64,000 nucleotides of DNA from Lama guanicoe (Eukaryota). The first letter of the stretch is position 1; each line of letters starts with the position of its first letter. The notes under the pieces are model-generated. The model saw only the letters and a list, made by a program, of their open reading frames with translations. It had not been told where the DNA came from and made no database searches. The position numbers and the translations under genes are program-made. Shown one piece after another: positions 41,140 through 53,592 of this stretch. The stretch lies in contig MU053557.1 of the NCBI GenBank assembly GCA_013239625.1, positions 4,184,123 through 4,248,122 on the forward strand. Reading direction: 5' to 3'.

Positions 41140-41361
41140 GAGTGGTTCTCAACAGGGTTTGGTGAGGCTGGGGCACTTCATCCCCCAAGGAGACACTGGT
41201 AATGTCTGGAGATATTTTCGATTGTCACAGTAGGTAGTTGCTACTGGCACCGAATGGGTGCCAGAGATGCTGCTAAACATCCTATTATGCACAGGATAGT
41301 CCCTCCCAACAAAAAATTATCTAGCCCAAAACATCATAGTACAGAGGTTTGAGAAACCGTG
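41140..41361 (+). mobile_element. MER20 (hAT-Charlie)
   Basis: agtggttctcaac...ggtaatgtctggagatattttcgattgtcaca...gatgctgctaaacatcctattatgcacaggatagtccc...gaggtttgagaaacc. Confidence 0.88.
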
Positions 41362-42626
41362 AATTACAACTTTGTGTGTGAAGTTATCTTAATAAGACTT
41401 GATACATTTTTTTTCAATTTTCAAAAAGGCAATGATATGGGAGATTCTGGCACTGGATGAGAGGTGAAATTGGGTGACTTCTAAGATCTTTTCAACCCAA
41501 AGACTTAATGTGTGCTGTTGACCCTCAACCACAAACCTAAGTCAATCGACCATTTTCATTCTCTCCCCTTTGCCTAGTTCCTTTCCCTGAAGACAAACTG
41601 AATTTTTTTTTAAGATGGTTAGATACTGGAAGCTAATCATAAGGCAATGGGGGAAATGTTTCTTGTTAAAAGAACATCAATGATAGAGAATTTCAGAGCT
41701 GGAAAAAGCCTTAGAAATGATCTAACAACTAGATTCTAGTTGAAATCTTCCATCCCATTTCACACATGAAGAAACTGAGATTTAGAAAGGCCAAGAAAGG
41801 CCGAGAGATTTGATCTAGGTCCGATAATGCTACAACCATCATAAGGCCCAGATTGTTCAAAGAAAAAACTTACTAGTCAGTGATAATATCAAGGAATTCC
41901 TATGTGTATTTGCTTTGAATTTTTTCAATGATCACAGTCTACAGATCTGTTTCTATCTCTGGAAATTCCTGAATATGGGTCTCACCTGATAAGGTGGTGG
42001 CAATGGGAATAAAAAACAAACAAATTAGGTTCAAGAGGTATTGAGGAAAACCAGATAAGACCTGCCTATTGATTAAGCCATCGCTGCTACTGATAAAGGA
42101 AGAGGAGAAATAAAGAGGCAAATTCAGTTCCAAGCCAGGGTGACTTGGGAGTTGATGGTGGTTCAACAGGAGATGGGAAAGTCAGGAAGTGGTCTAGGGT
42201 AGCTGGTCACTTATGTTGGGTTTCAGATGTTGTTCTTTAGAATGTGAAGTTGGGGGAAGAGATGAGGGGATGAACAGTGTCAGGGAGGTTTGCAAGAACT
42301 CAAGTTGAAGAAAACATTCAATTTGGTGGTTATGAAGCCACTGTGGCCCCTCCAAAGACCAGTGCTTCAGGAGTGAAATCCAGAAAACTCAAGAGCACCA
42401 CTGTCTTCTGGGCTCTGGGACCTCTGCTCATCATGGGCTCAACACTCTCTGAAGCTCCTTGCTAGGTTGATATGCCACAGTTCTCCTGGAGTTTAAATGA
42501 TGAGCCAATCAACTATATAATAATAATTATAATAAATATGAGTTCACATGGGAAAAATAAACATAAGATAAAAAAAGACTAGAAAATGATACAAATCCTC
42601 TTTACTATTTTTTTCCACACTCATTT

Positions 42627-42768
42627 AAAAAAATTTTTTTTATTTTAACTTTTTTGGGGGAGTAGGAGGAGATAATTAGGCTTATTTAATGGAGGTACTG
42701 GGGATTGAATCCAGGACCTTGTGCATGTGAAGCATGTGGTCTACCACTGAGCTATATATACCCTCCCC
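42627..42768 (-). mobile_element. Camelid tRNA-derived SINE (Vic-1-like)
   Basis: Reverse complement GGGGAGGGTATATATAGCTCAGTGGTAGACCACATGCTTCACATGCACAAGGTCCTGGATTCAATCCCCAGTACCTCC plus A-rich tail; same family as 11245-11386. Confidence 0.9.
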
Positions 42769-43889
42769 TCTACACGCATCATTTTTTACGTGAGAGCTGC
42801 TCCTCAGAACTCCATGAGTCTCATCCCCTGTCCTGACTTTCCTTGTTTCTGGGGCACTGCATCCATCACTAGTGTCCTTTCCCTTCATCACCTGGGCTCA
42901 CCAGCAGCGCCCAGCAACCTCTCCTCCCTCAGCACTGACACTGAAGTTCCACAGAGAGGACTAGGCAAACACCCCCACCCCCGCCCCCAGGGTCACCACA
43001 GCTTTTCGATCCAGGGACTCCCTCCCAGCAAGGAGAGCAAACTTGCCTCAGTGTCCTTCCATCAAAAGCCACCTTTTGGTTCCTGCCTAACCTGTACCCT
43101 AAGAAACATTTTTTGTTCATTTTAACGGACCAAGGGAAATCAAGCCAACGTTTTCACAACACTGAACTCTAGGAAGACGAGCTCTTGCCATGACTTCGCC
43201 TCTGCCAGCCACCGCTTCCCTGTATCAACAGCCACTTCTTCCAAAGGCAACTACAGCACAGTGCCACACACTGGGTCGCAAGCTGAGGGGAAATGCATGT
43301 GAAACTGGGCCTGGGATTCTGTGAACGACGACTGCAGGAAGCTGGCTAGCCCTGGCAGCCTCCGCGCGAACGCTTCACGCAGCGCGGAGTGTGCCCACAC
43401 ACTCACGGTCACTTACACACACAGCCGGCTATACACCCCGGACATGCACATCTCGCCACACACTCACACAGAACACTCTTTCTGTTACACATCCAAGACC
43501 ATCCACAGGGTCCACACATGTACCCGGTCACACACGGTTATGGATACAAAACCCGTGTTACGCCTCTCTGTCTCACACTCTCTCACACACACACCCTTTA
43601 CACACACTACCTCACAGAGCCAGCGAATACACCGGCGGTCTCACAAGTACTTACGTACAACGGCGCCGGGCACTAGCCGCAACCCTAGCGGTCCCACGCC
43701 GGAGGCATGTCCGACACAACCCGCCAGCCCACCTACAGCCTGAGCCGCCGCGCAGCCCATCCCTGAGGTAAAGCCGGTCCGCGGAGCCCGCAGCCCCCAG
43801 CCGTCCCCGCCGCGCCTCCCCGCCCCCGCCGCGTCCCGCGCACTCGTGGGCTCGCAGGGCCGTGACCCCCACGCCCTCGCCGCACCTAC

Positions 43890-44035
43890 CCGCCGCCCGA
43901 GGCGAGGGAGCGAGCGCCCTGGCGGACCGGAGCGGCCACCCCTCTCGCCGCGGAGCCGAGCTTCTGCCGTCGCCGCCGCTGCGCTCCCAGCCGCTGCCTG
44001 CGCCCTCCCCGCCGCCCCCTCGGGTGCCGGCTCCA
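43890..44035 (-). other. Candidate non-coding first exon of the unidentified minus-strand gene
   Basis: Donor CGG|GTAGGT at 43890/43889, followed by G-run-rich intronic sequence; no ATG in the exon. The 5' end is inferred from the GC-skew switch only. Confidence 0.6.
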
Positions 44036-44119
44036 GCCCCCGCGCTGGGAGGCCGGCGGGCGCGAGGCGCGAGGCGCGGGCCCAGGGCTGCGGGCGGAGG
44101 GACCCCAGCGCCGGCTCAC

Positions 44120-44240
44120 CTGGGCGTGCGCGCCGAGCATCGTCCTCCTCGCGGCCGGCCGAGCGGGGCTCCGGGAGCGCCGCAGCCGCCGGACGCCGGG
44201 GTCGGCGGGGCCGCGGCCGGGCGCGCAGGGGAGTGGGCGC
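44120..44240 (-). other. Candidate alternative first exon (could encode MLGAHAQ or be UTR)
   Basis: Strong donor CAG|GTGAGC at 44120/44119; ATG at 44140-44138 (GACGATGC) is in phase 0 with the donor. 5' end not determinable. Confidence 0.45.
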
Positions 44241-44309
44241 CGAGGGCCGGAGGGACCTCACCCCTCGGGGCGGACCAGCCGGCGCCTTCCTGGGGGAACC
44301 CTGCCCATC

Positions 44310-44430
44310 CGAGGGAACGAGTCCTGGGCTCACTGCTGGCTCCTGGGTGACCTTGGGCAAGTGGGCTAACCTCTCTGAGTACCCATCTCCTCTGCTGAGA
44401 GATAATAAACGTGAGAACTGAAAGCGCTTG
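44310..44430 (+). mobile_element. MIR SINE bordering the CpG island
   Basis: gagtcctgggctcactgctggctcctgggtgaccttgggcaagtgggctaacctctctgagtacccatctcctc. Confidence 0.75.
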
Positions 44431-45723
44431 TGGTGTCCGCGCCAATGGAAATCCTACCCCTGTACAGCCTGCTTCCTTCTCATGCCTCGGACTCTGCCAG
44501 GGCTGGGCTCCTTTGGGAGCAGGGTTCCGAGTAAGCTCTGTTGGCCCTTAAACAGAAGACTCCCAAGTTTTCCAGAGCCAATGTTTCAATTGACTGAAGT
44601 CTTCATAAGTGACCCTGTCAATAGTTGTTTTGCTTCCCTGCTCTGGAGGAAGCCTATTCCCCCAGCTCTGTCCACTTGTGACCTTGAGCATGTGGTGAGG
44701 CCAGAGCCCAGCCTCACTGAGAAACAGGGACCATAAACTTGCAGTCCTGTTGAGTCTCTCCAGAGCTTCTGCCTATGTGTCACTAGTGAGTTGTAGTATC
44801 TGTGGGGAACTGAGACAGAATGGAACACCTTTCTCCCCAACGCATCTTTCCAAGGCCTCAGATTCCAGGGACAGAACAATTCAAGAGTTAAGCCACTTCA
44901 AGAAAGGAAGGGGAAAGAAAACTCTTCCTTTGGTGAGACAGGTGAGGCACCAAATGGCCTATTGGCCAGATAACTCCCCTACTCCAGGACCACTGAGTCT
45001 GCGTGGGAACTTGACAAAACAGAGGCGCTGTGACAGTAATTAACCTCCAAAAGCAAACAAATCCTTCCAGGCAATCTTAAAAATTATTAACTTACAATTG
45101 TGAGCACAACCCAAGTGAACTGGAAATTTAAACTGACCAACCTATTCATTCCAGAAACTTCTAAGCTGGTCCCTTCCTCAGATTCTCTCTGTTGATATTC
45201 CTGCCTCTCACTTCCCCCTTCTTCTGCCAACCCCAAATGTCTGTATTTCTTCCCCATCCTGCTTGTACACTTTTTGTACCTTTTCCCTTTCCCATCTCAG
45301 TTTCTCCCCACCCTAGGTATCTCTTTACCTTCTTTGTGTCCTGTCTCTGTCTCAACACTTCTCACTCTCAGCCATTCTTACCCATTATTTCTCTCCCTGG
45401 CATGTATGTGTCTTGAATATTTATTCATGTTATATGCCCCATTCAAAATCTGAAAGTGGAAAAATGGTCAGTTATTTCTCTAAAGATAAGATCCAAACTT
45501 AAATTTACCACTACACCACTTTCCTAAACCAAATACTCTTGATGAGTGACACCATTTTCCTCACGTTCGTGGGAGCACAAAGCCTGAATCATCTATGAGG
45601 GCTCTACCTCTCTTCCCCTTCTCCTCAGCACCCACTTACCTCTTCCCATTTCCCAGGGAGGCTCTTCCCACTCTTCGACAGGTATCTGTTGTTTCCTCCC
45701 TATTCCCATTCAACTGAATCAAT

Positions 45724-46101
45724 TGTGATTAAGTTAAGGATATTGAGATGAGAGATTATCCTGGATTGTACAGGTGGTCCTTTAGAAAGGTCCTTGAAAG
45801 TAGAAGTGAGAGGTGCAAGAGGTGGTCAAAAGTGATGCAGTGTGAAAAGGACTTGACCAGCTACTGCTGGCCTTGCAGGAAGAAGAAGGGGTTCTGAGCC
45901 AAGGAATGCAGAAGCTGAGGAGATCAAGGAAACAGATTCTCCCCTAGAATCTCCAGACAGGAAGGCAGCCCTACAGACATCTTTATTTTAGTGCAATGAG
46001 ACTCATGTCAGACCTCTGCTCTAGAGACCTGTATGATGATATATTTGTGTTGTTTTAAGCCACTAAGTAATTTGTTGTAGCAGGAATAGGTACCTAATGC
46101 A
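45724..46101 (+). mobile_element. MaLR LTR (MLT1D-like)
   Basis: tgtgattaagttaaggatattgagatgagagattatcctggatt...gagccaaggaatgcag...ggaaacagattctcccctagaatctccaga...tgtgttgttttaagccactaag. Confidence 0.88.
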
Positions 46102-46949
46102 GTACTTCTCTTTTACTGATGGAGGTATACACAAATGCCGTATCTTGTTATTAATAGCAATCTAAGGTAGCCCCTACTTTAAGGGGGCTACACCCAAACC
46201 TTACGTTTCAAGCAATTTGTTCTCTGAACCCCTGCTTTTCCTTTTTGTCTGTACCAGTGCTTGCAAAGTCCTCTCCAGAATGCCGTCCTCCAGGTGTGGC
46301 CTGTCCTACCTCTCTTCAATGCTCATGGGTTCCATGGAGTTGCTCCTGATCTCTTACTTCTTTGCTTCTGCAAAACTTAGTATTTTTCAAAGTATATTCC
46401 ATTTCAAATGGTGCTTTCTAATGGGAGAGAAGGAAACAAGAGAGAAGAACAGACTTTATATGCACAGGTTGAAACTGCTCTAGGCTCTCTGTTCCCACAA
46501 GGCTGTTTCCCTCTCTCTACTGCAGCACTAACTACCACACTGTGTGACTGTGAGTTATTTACAGGTTGACTTGGCCGCTGGTGAGTGCCTCCAAAGTGGA
46601 GACCAGGTCTTACCTCCCTTTCTACATCCCAGCTCCTAGATCCATGCAAGGCACACAGTGGGGATTCAGTAACTGGCTTTTGAATGAATAGATCAAGCAA
46701 GCAAGTGCAATGTCTGGTTGTGTTGAACACATAGGGCTATTAACAATGTTTTCTTGCACCATCTGTCTCTATTTAGCTGGGCTGGTCAATTGAAGCATCT
46801 CAGTTAGTGAAATGTGGTTTTAAATGTGGCTGCTTTGAGGCATTGCTTGAAACATAGACTTTTCCTTTCTTTGGCTTTTGTTTGTTTGTTTTTGTTTTGC
46901 TTTTGCTGGAGAACATTCCCACAGTAAAAGTTCTGTTTTTAATCAGCTT

Positions 46950-47300
46950 TATTTAAAAGGGCTACTATTATTAGTAAAATGACTATAAACATGCTAACTC
47001 TTTGGCCCAATAATTCTACTACTTAAAATGCATCATAAGTATAATAAGTCTATGTACACAAAGATTTACCTAAGAGAATGTTCACTGCAGGATGTTTTAT
47101 AACAGTGAATAACTGAAAATAGCCCAAATGGTAATGGGGGATTAACTAAATATACTATCTCTACCATAAGATACAATTAAGCTATCAAACATGATTTTGT
47201 CAGTTGATACTTATTATATAGAAAGACATTTATGAATATTTTTATATTCTTTATGTGTATGTTTATTTTCTAACCGCCATGTAATAAGCCTATATTTAAA
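46950..47300 (+). mobile_element. L1ME-type 3' fragment
   Basis: ctctttggcccaataattctactact...gaatgttcactgcaggatgttttataacagtgaataactgaaaatagcccaaatg. Confidence 0.65.
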
Positions 47301-47480
47301 CTTTAGGTTCAATTATTATTTTTTTAAATAGCTTTGCCTCCAAAAGGAAAATTGTACAAAACCTCGATATTTTTCCACATTCCAAGAAAACCCATTTACA
47401 GATGAGATTCAATTCTCTGATGGTGACAAAAGAAGGGAAAAATCACAAAAGGCTTGAAATATAATCTGGGCTTATCTTCA

Positions 47481-48226
47481 AATGACAAATGCTGGAGAGG
47501 CTGTGGAGAAAAGGGAACCCTCCTACACTGCTGGTGGGAATGTAGTTTGGTGCAGCCACTGTGGAAAACAGTATGGAGATTCCTCAAAAGACTAGGAATA
47601 GACTTACTGTATGACTCAGTCATCCCGCTCCTGGGCATATATACAGAAGGAACCCTACTTCAAAATGACACCTGCACCCCAATGTTCATAGCAGCACTAT
47701 TTACAATAGCCAAGACATGGAGACAGCCGATATGTCCCATCAACAGATGACTGGATAAAGAAGAAGTGGTATATTTATACAATGGAATACTACTCAGCCA
47801 TAAAAACTGACAACATAATGCCATTTGCAGCAACATGGATGCTCCTGGAGAATGTCATTCTAAGTGAAGTAAGCCAAAAAGAGAAAGAAAAATACCATAT
47901 GAGATCGCTCATATGTGGAATCTAAAAACAAAAACAAAAACAAACAAAGCACAAATACAAAACAGAAACAGACTCACAGACATAGAATACAAACTTGTGG
48001 TTGTCAAGTGGGCAGAGGGTGGGAAGGTATAGACAGGATTTCAAAACTGTAGAAAAGATAAACAAGATTATACTGTATAGCACAGGGAAATATACACAAG
48101 ATCTTATGGTAGCTCACAGAGAAAAAAATGTGACAATATATATATGCTCGTGTATAACTGAAAAATTGTGCTCTACACTGGAATTTGACACAACATTGTA
48201 AAATGATTATAAATCAATAAAAAATA
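47481..48226 (+). mobile_element. Young 5'-truncated camelid L1 with 20-bp target-site duplication
   Basis: ORF2 C-terminus ([33 protein letters not shown]), 3' UTR and AATAAA; identical TSD ATAATCTGGGCTTATCTTCA at 47461-47480 and 48227-48246. Confidence 0.96.
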
Positions 48227-48284
48227 ATAATCTGGGCTTATCTTCATTCCATTAATTCATTGATTCTAGGAACATTTATTGTAC

Positions 48285-48735
48285 CATCTCAATTAAGGCC
48301 TTTGACAGCAAGAAACAGCAAAGGACTCTAGCTAACTTAAGCAAAAGAAATTATTGGAACGCTATTTAGGGACTCATAGAATTACTTAGATGCTGGAAGC
48401 CAGGCTTGGAGAAGCAGGTACCAGGAGAGCTCCAGACAGCCAAAAAGCAGAAAGTTCACAGAGAACTCCATCAGGACTGTTAGCCACCCCTCCTGACATG
48501 GTGAATGGCTTCCACCAGTTCTCCATCCTTGAGTCGCCCAACCAGGTTCTCATGGGAGAACATGCCACACAGGACGAAGTTAGCTTTGTTTCTCCTCCTT
48601 CCCCTGTCCTGAATCAGAGAGTGAGGAACAAAGGATCAGGTCCCTCCACCAAGACTGCACACAACTGGGGAGCTTTGACTTCCCCAACAAATTTGGGGTG
48701 CTGTTAGGAAAGCAAATATGGAAGCTAACATCATG
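48285..48735 (-). mobile_element. MaLR LTR (MLT1-type)
   Basis: gcaagaaacagcaaaggactctagctaacttaagcaaaagaaattattggaacgctatttagggactcatagaat. Confidence 0.65.
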
Positions 48736-49162
48736 AAAATAATAAATGGCCACTATGGGCCTCTGAGATGTGCCAGCTATCAGGCTGGTCTTCCTTCCAG
48801 GCACAGTTTCTCTGCCAGGAAGCCTCTGGTACAAATAGCTCAGTGGAGCTACCAGCGCAGAAACACCACTCAGAGGAGACTGAGAAAGCTTTGATTCTGT
48901 TATTTCATTTACAAACTTGAAACATGTTAAGGGTTTCTATTGTTAATTTCTTCTAGTCTGCAGATACAAGTACTATTTTTCTTTTCTGGTTGTCCACACT
49001 TTGCTCAACTGGTACAAATATCCTGTTATGTATTTACTGCATAGCAGTCTGCCATGGGCTAAAGCTCTTATCAGCACCATACCATGGGGGGTTATCTTAA
49101 AAGTCTCAAGGCTTGTTTTAAGCTAATTTTACTTTGGGTGCCTTAGCTGCATGATGCAGTCA

Positions 49163-49205
49163 TGTGTGTGTGTGAGAGAGAGAGAGCGAGGGAGAGAGAG
49201 AGAAA
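49163..49205. repeat. Compound (TG)n(AG)n microsatellite
   Basis: tgtgtgtgtgtgagagagagagagcgagggagagagagagaaa. Confidence 0.9.
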
Positions 49206-52200
49206 GTAGGCAGAGAACAAAGAGAAAGGAACAAAGAAGATAGAAATCAAATTCCAAATCCAAATTGCTAAAATAAATCAATGCTTCTCTTGAACTCACA
49301 AACTGGAAGCCTGCATACCTTCCATCCACTTAAGAGCTGCTAAAAATTTAAACAGTTGGACAAAGTTTTAACACAGCTGCAAAAGAATGGAAACCAAACT
49401 GTGAATACCTTTCCTATAATGAAGCCAGGGTAACTGGCTTCATTTTAATAAACACTACAGAATAAATAAGACCCTAGAAAAAGACACTGTGGCATCCAAT
49501 GGGCACATGAGGCACTCACGGGAGTCTTTTGTTTACCTTAGACAATTATTCTGTTAGGAAGCAACTGCTAACAAAACCTCCTCTAAATGAAGTTGCAAAT
49601 GGAGAAACATTTACAATGTGCTGCTTGTAAGAATCAAATCTCCCACAGAGGGCTGTGTTTATTCTCACTTTGCTACACATCCTGGAGTGTATGATTATCT
49701 CCTCCTCTGCCAAACCCAAATCAGACCTGTTGAAGGAGGCTTGTAGCTCAGACTCCTTAACTCGGCCTCCATAAAGCTCTTGTCCTTTGTCTTCTGCCCC
49801 AGCTCACACTCTCTGTTCTCCCACTGTGCTCTTGCCATGCTAGTTTCTGGTCCTGCAGAGCCCTCTCTGGCCTCAGGACCTTTGCATTTACTGTTTCATA
49901 AACCTGAAAGTCTTCTCCTCTGCTTCAAGCTAAGTATCTCTTTTAGAGAGGTTTCCCTTGAGCACATATCCCTCATCCCATTATTTTTTTGTCCTAGACT
50001 CTGTTTATGTCACTTTCTCACTCTAACTAATTCATAGATTTTTTTTTAAACTTTCTTTCTCTCTGTCTCTCTAGTAAAATGTAAGCTGCTAGAGGTAAGA
50101 CATTCTGCACTTCAGAGGGAGCCTGGCCTAGGGTGGATACTCCCTGGTAAGAGCTGGATGGATAGAAATACGAAGAGGACAACTGGATTTCCATTTGATC
50201 CCCTGTGCTTTCCAGGGTGGTCAGAGTTGCCCAGGAACCAAGGGCCCTTGGAGGCCAAAGAAACCCACAACCATGTGGATGGAAGGATGATCACTGACTT
50301 ATGTGATAAGAGACTTGTGTGTAGGAGGGGCTGTGAAAAGGAACAGGTGGTTCAGATACTGTGACATTATGTCTGCAACTGAAAAGTGGATGAGGACCCA
50401 GAGAAGGAGGTGAGAAGCTTCAGGTTGCCTCTAATCAGGAAAGATCTGCCCAGAAGTCAGTCAGTTCCAATGGGAATTAACAGGATTGAGCAAGAGAGTA
50501 TGAGATCACATAAATTTAAAGATAGGGTGCTCTTAGTCTGTGTGAACCTGCTTTGAACATGAAAAGCCGGTTGCCTGAATTAGCAGAGAATAGAGGCAAA
50601 TAAAGGGCGGCCAAGCAGAGTTATCACTGTCCAGATAAGAGGTTCCTGGCCCTTTTTTGTGCTTAGCTGTTCTTTGTCCTCTAGACTTCCTCATATTGTT
50701 GGGTTTAATCTATTTATGCTTGAAAAGACCATTATCTAATCCATGTTTTATTATCAATAAAAATCAAACAAATGAATATTTAGCCTATTGGGAAGGAAAA
50801 TTATGAAATAAAATCTTCCAAGAACAGCCAAGTCACAAGAAAAACGTCATGAGTGTGATCTGCCAGGCAAAACTCTGGCACAACTGAAACTTTATAATTT
50901 AATTTAAAATTCAGATGTAGTAAAAATTTGCTGTATTTTTTGGTATGCAGTTCTGTGAGTTTTAACTAAGTTACAGAATTGTGTAAACACTACCACATTC
51001 AAGAAATGGCAAACAAAATTTTAACATGGACAAGGGTATTTGGATATAAATTTTAAATACTATATTTAATGGGACATTTTTGACTACCTTTGGCTAATAT
51101 GAACAAATCTCTTCCTTCTCCACACTGCCCATCGTCCCCCATCAGTTTACCCAATTCATAAATTTGGAAGATTTTTCCCCTGTTTCTAGATGATAGAGTT
51201 CTAATGAGGGCAGAGCTACAGTGAGTAGAAGAGAAAAGTGGGGGATATGGAGCAGCCTCCCACCTTACCAGACTCCATGGACTGGTCTGAGTTGTAGAGA
51301 GAAAGGATTAGAAGCAAAAACCAATAGGTGCTTTCAGGAAGGATTTGTGAGAGGCTGAGCATATGACAAGACTCTGTGTTCAAGGGCCCAAGTAATGAAG
51401 CAAGGTTCAGACCCAAGGCAAGGAGGAAGCCTGTCCTTGCCCCTGGAGAGGCAGATCATTCAGAGCCAGACTCCTTGGCACAGATACTGGTGGTCCCATC
51501 ACCAGCAGCACAGTGGGCAACGGAGGTGGTCAGAGCAGAGTGGGGCAAAGTGAGTATGGCTGACATCTTCGGATGCTGAGCACATGTGTGGAATTCCTGT
51601 GGGGTCTCCCACAGATGATAAGGAGGCACTTACAGTAGGGTGGTTAGTGGATGATTTGAGCTATCATTTCATGTTGAAAGAAGGGCAACCTGGGTAAATA
51701 GGGGGTTGGCAAATATCTGTCCCACAGATATTTTACTAGTTTCTCTGTGGCAGACCCTGTACTCAACCATGGGGGATATGCTAAATAAGATAAGAGGATG
51801 TATCCCTCTTTTCAAAGCACTCAGAGCCAACAGAGGAGATAAGGTTGGACACAGATAATTTCAACACATTGTAAAAGTTAATAAGGTAAGCACAGGTAGC
51901 AAATGGAGCGTATGGCATTTATTATTGCTGTTGTTATTTTATGACTACACAACATTTATTGAACGCATACGATTTGCTAGTCATTTTGCTAAGAAAGGTA
52001 AAGGAACTTGGTATTGAGATGACGTGAGATGGCTAGAAAGGGAGAGAGCCAAGATTAGAATTCAGGCTGTCTGCCTTCAAAGCCTTTGCTGAGTGCAACA
52101 ACAAGATAAAAAATCATAGCAATAACAGCAGTGTATAAGCAACATCAATGGTTGATGACAGTATATGTATTGGTAACTTAACTATCATACTATTTCAAGA

Positions 52201-52357
52201 GCTATTATGCAGAGAGAAACAATAAAATCGGACTGGACTTTTGATGCATGAGAAGGCAAAACGGGCCAGGATGTTACAGAGAAACAATTCAGCCTGGTGT
52301 AAGACTGTCGTAACATTTGGAGCCATCTAGCACCGTAGGTACCAAAGCACAGGCTGG

Positions 52358-52371
52358 GCGCCATCTGCTAG
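52358..52371 (-). promoter_or_regulatory. Candidate CTCF motif
   Basis: Minus strand CTAGCAGATGGCGC matches the core CCASYAGRKGGCRS at 13/14 positions; CpGs are locally retained at 52230-52405. Confidence 0.4.
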
Positions 52372-52939
52372 GAATGCTAAAGCAAGAGCCCCTGTTCCAG
52401 GTGCGAAGTTCAACATCACCTCTGCTACTCCCCCAGCTCATTGACTCTCTTTCTTTGAGGTTTGAAAATCCCAGTCTCTTTTGCCAGCTCCTTTTCCAGA
52501 TAACACTTAAATGTCAAAGCCCTTCCTCTTCTTTCACTCTCTACATACACTATTCATTTCATTCACTGTGCTTGCTTTAATTATCATTTTCCGCCCCAGC
52601 CCAGATTTTTTTCAGAGGCATTTAAGAAGACTTAACTAGGATGGTCAGAATGTCTATTTCTCAATCTCAACATTATATAAATGAAGGTACAACTGGCAAA
52701 GTTGGAGAGGTAAAAGTGGAAAGGTGTGATGAATGGGTGAAGGAACCTTAATGTCCTTATCATACAACATAGGAGTCAAGAGATGTCCATCTCTGTGGTT
52801 AATGGAATAAGCAATGGTTTTATTATGCTATTTAAAGTTGCAGAAGTGACCACAGAAGGAACTGAGGATGTGATATTGGGAGGTCAACAAACAACCACAA
52901 GTAAAGAAGTAGAGAAATAGCCTTCACTGGACAGTAAGG

Positions 52940-53592
52940 TGTAAGGATACGTATCATGAAATGCTCCACCCATCTCTGTCATTCTGGGGAGAGCCAGTCT
53001 GGGGCAAAAACAATGCATAAGTAAGATGAGCTAGAGAATCTCTGAGAAATGGAACTAAAGTCTGGATGATGTTATTATCAGCTGGATCAAACTGTACCTG
53101 AAGCCATAAATAACCCTTGAATCATTTACTTATATAAAGCAATGTATGTTTTCTGATTACCTACACAATATTCTTCGTCTACTTTTATGAGTAATAAAAC
53201 TCCAATTTTATTCAGTGGTGTACTGATCCCAAATAAATGACTAAGCTCTGGCCAATGAAATTTAAAGATGTGCCATATGGAATTTCCAGGAAGACTCCTT
53301 CAAGGTGCTTAATACAGATCCAGCATGCCATATTTCTTTTGCTCCTTACTCCTTCCTGCTGTGTGGGTAAAGCTGCTTTAGAAGCAAGCATTTTGAAACT
53401 TTGGAAATGGAAGCCATGAGGGAGCAGGATACTTGCAGAGCCCAGATCCCTACTGAATGTGGAGCTTACTAGCAAAGACTGACTGCATATCTTCAGGTTT
53501 TTTTTTAACCTGAGAAAATAAATGATAAAGTGTTCAAGCTACTATTAATTTGTATTTTCTATTATATTCAGTAAACCTGTTCCTGACCAATA
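52940..53592 (+). mobile_element. Two adjacent MaLR LTR (MLT1-type) remnants
   Basis: gctggatcaaactgtacctgaagcc...; atgactaagctctggccaatgaaattt...gcaagcattttgaaactttgg...gttcaagctactatt...cctgaccaataca. Confidence 0.6.

Larger units (their letters stand above)
43320..44445. promoter_or_regulatory. CpG island / promoter of a probable minus-strand gene
   Basis: Very high GC and CpG density (core 43650-44290) in an otherwise CpG-depleted window. + strand is C-rich left of ~44035 and G-rich right of it. GC box GGGGCGG at 44267-44273; CCAAT at 44442-44446. Confidence 0.93.

Noticed and set aside
43890..44240. Assigning a gene symbol to the CpG-island gene
   Set aside because: No coding exon in the window and I do not recognise the 5' UTR; any name would be a guess.
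43321..44445. Overlapping long ORFs (up to 239 aa) on both strands
   Set aside because: Expected in GC-rich DNA with few stops. Products are low-complexity (Arg/Pro/Ala/Gly or His/Thr), one starts inside a MIR, and no domain is recognisable.
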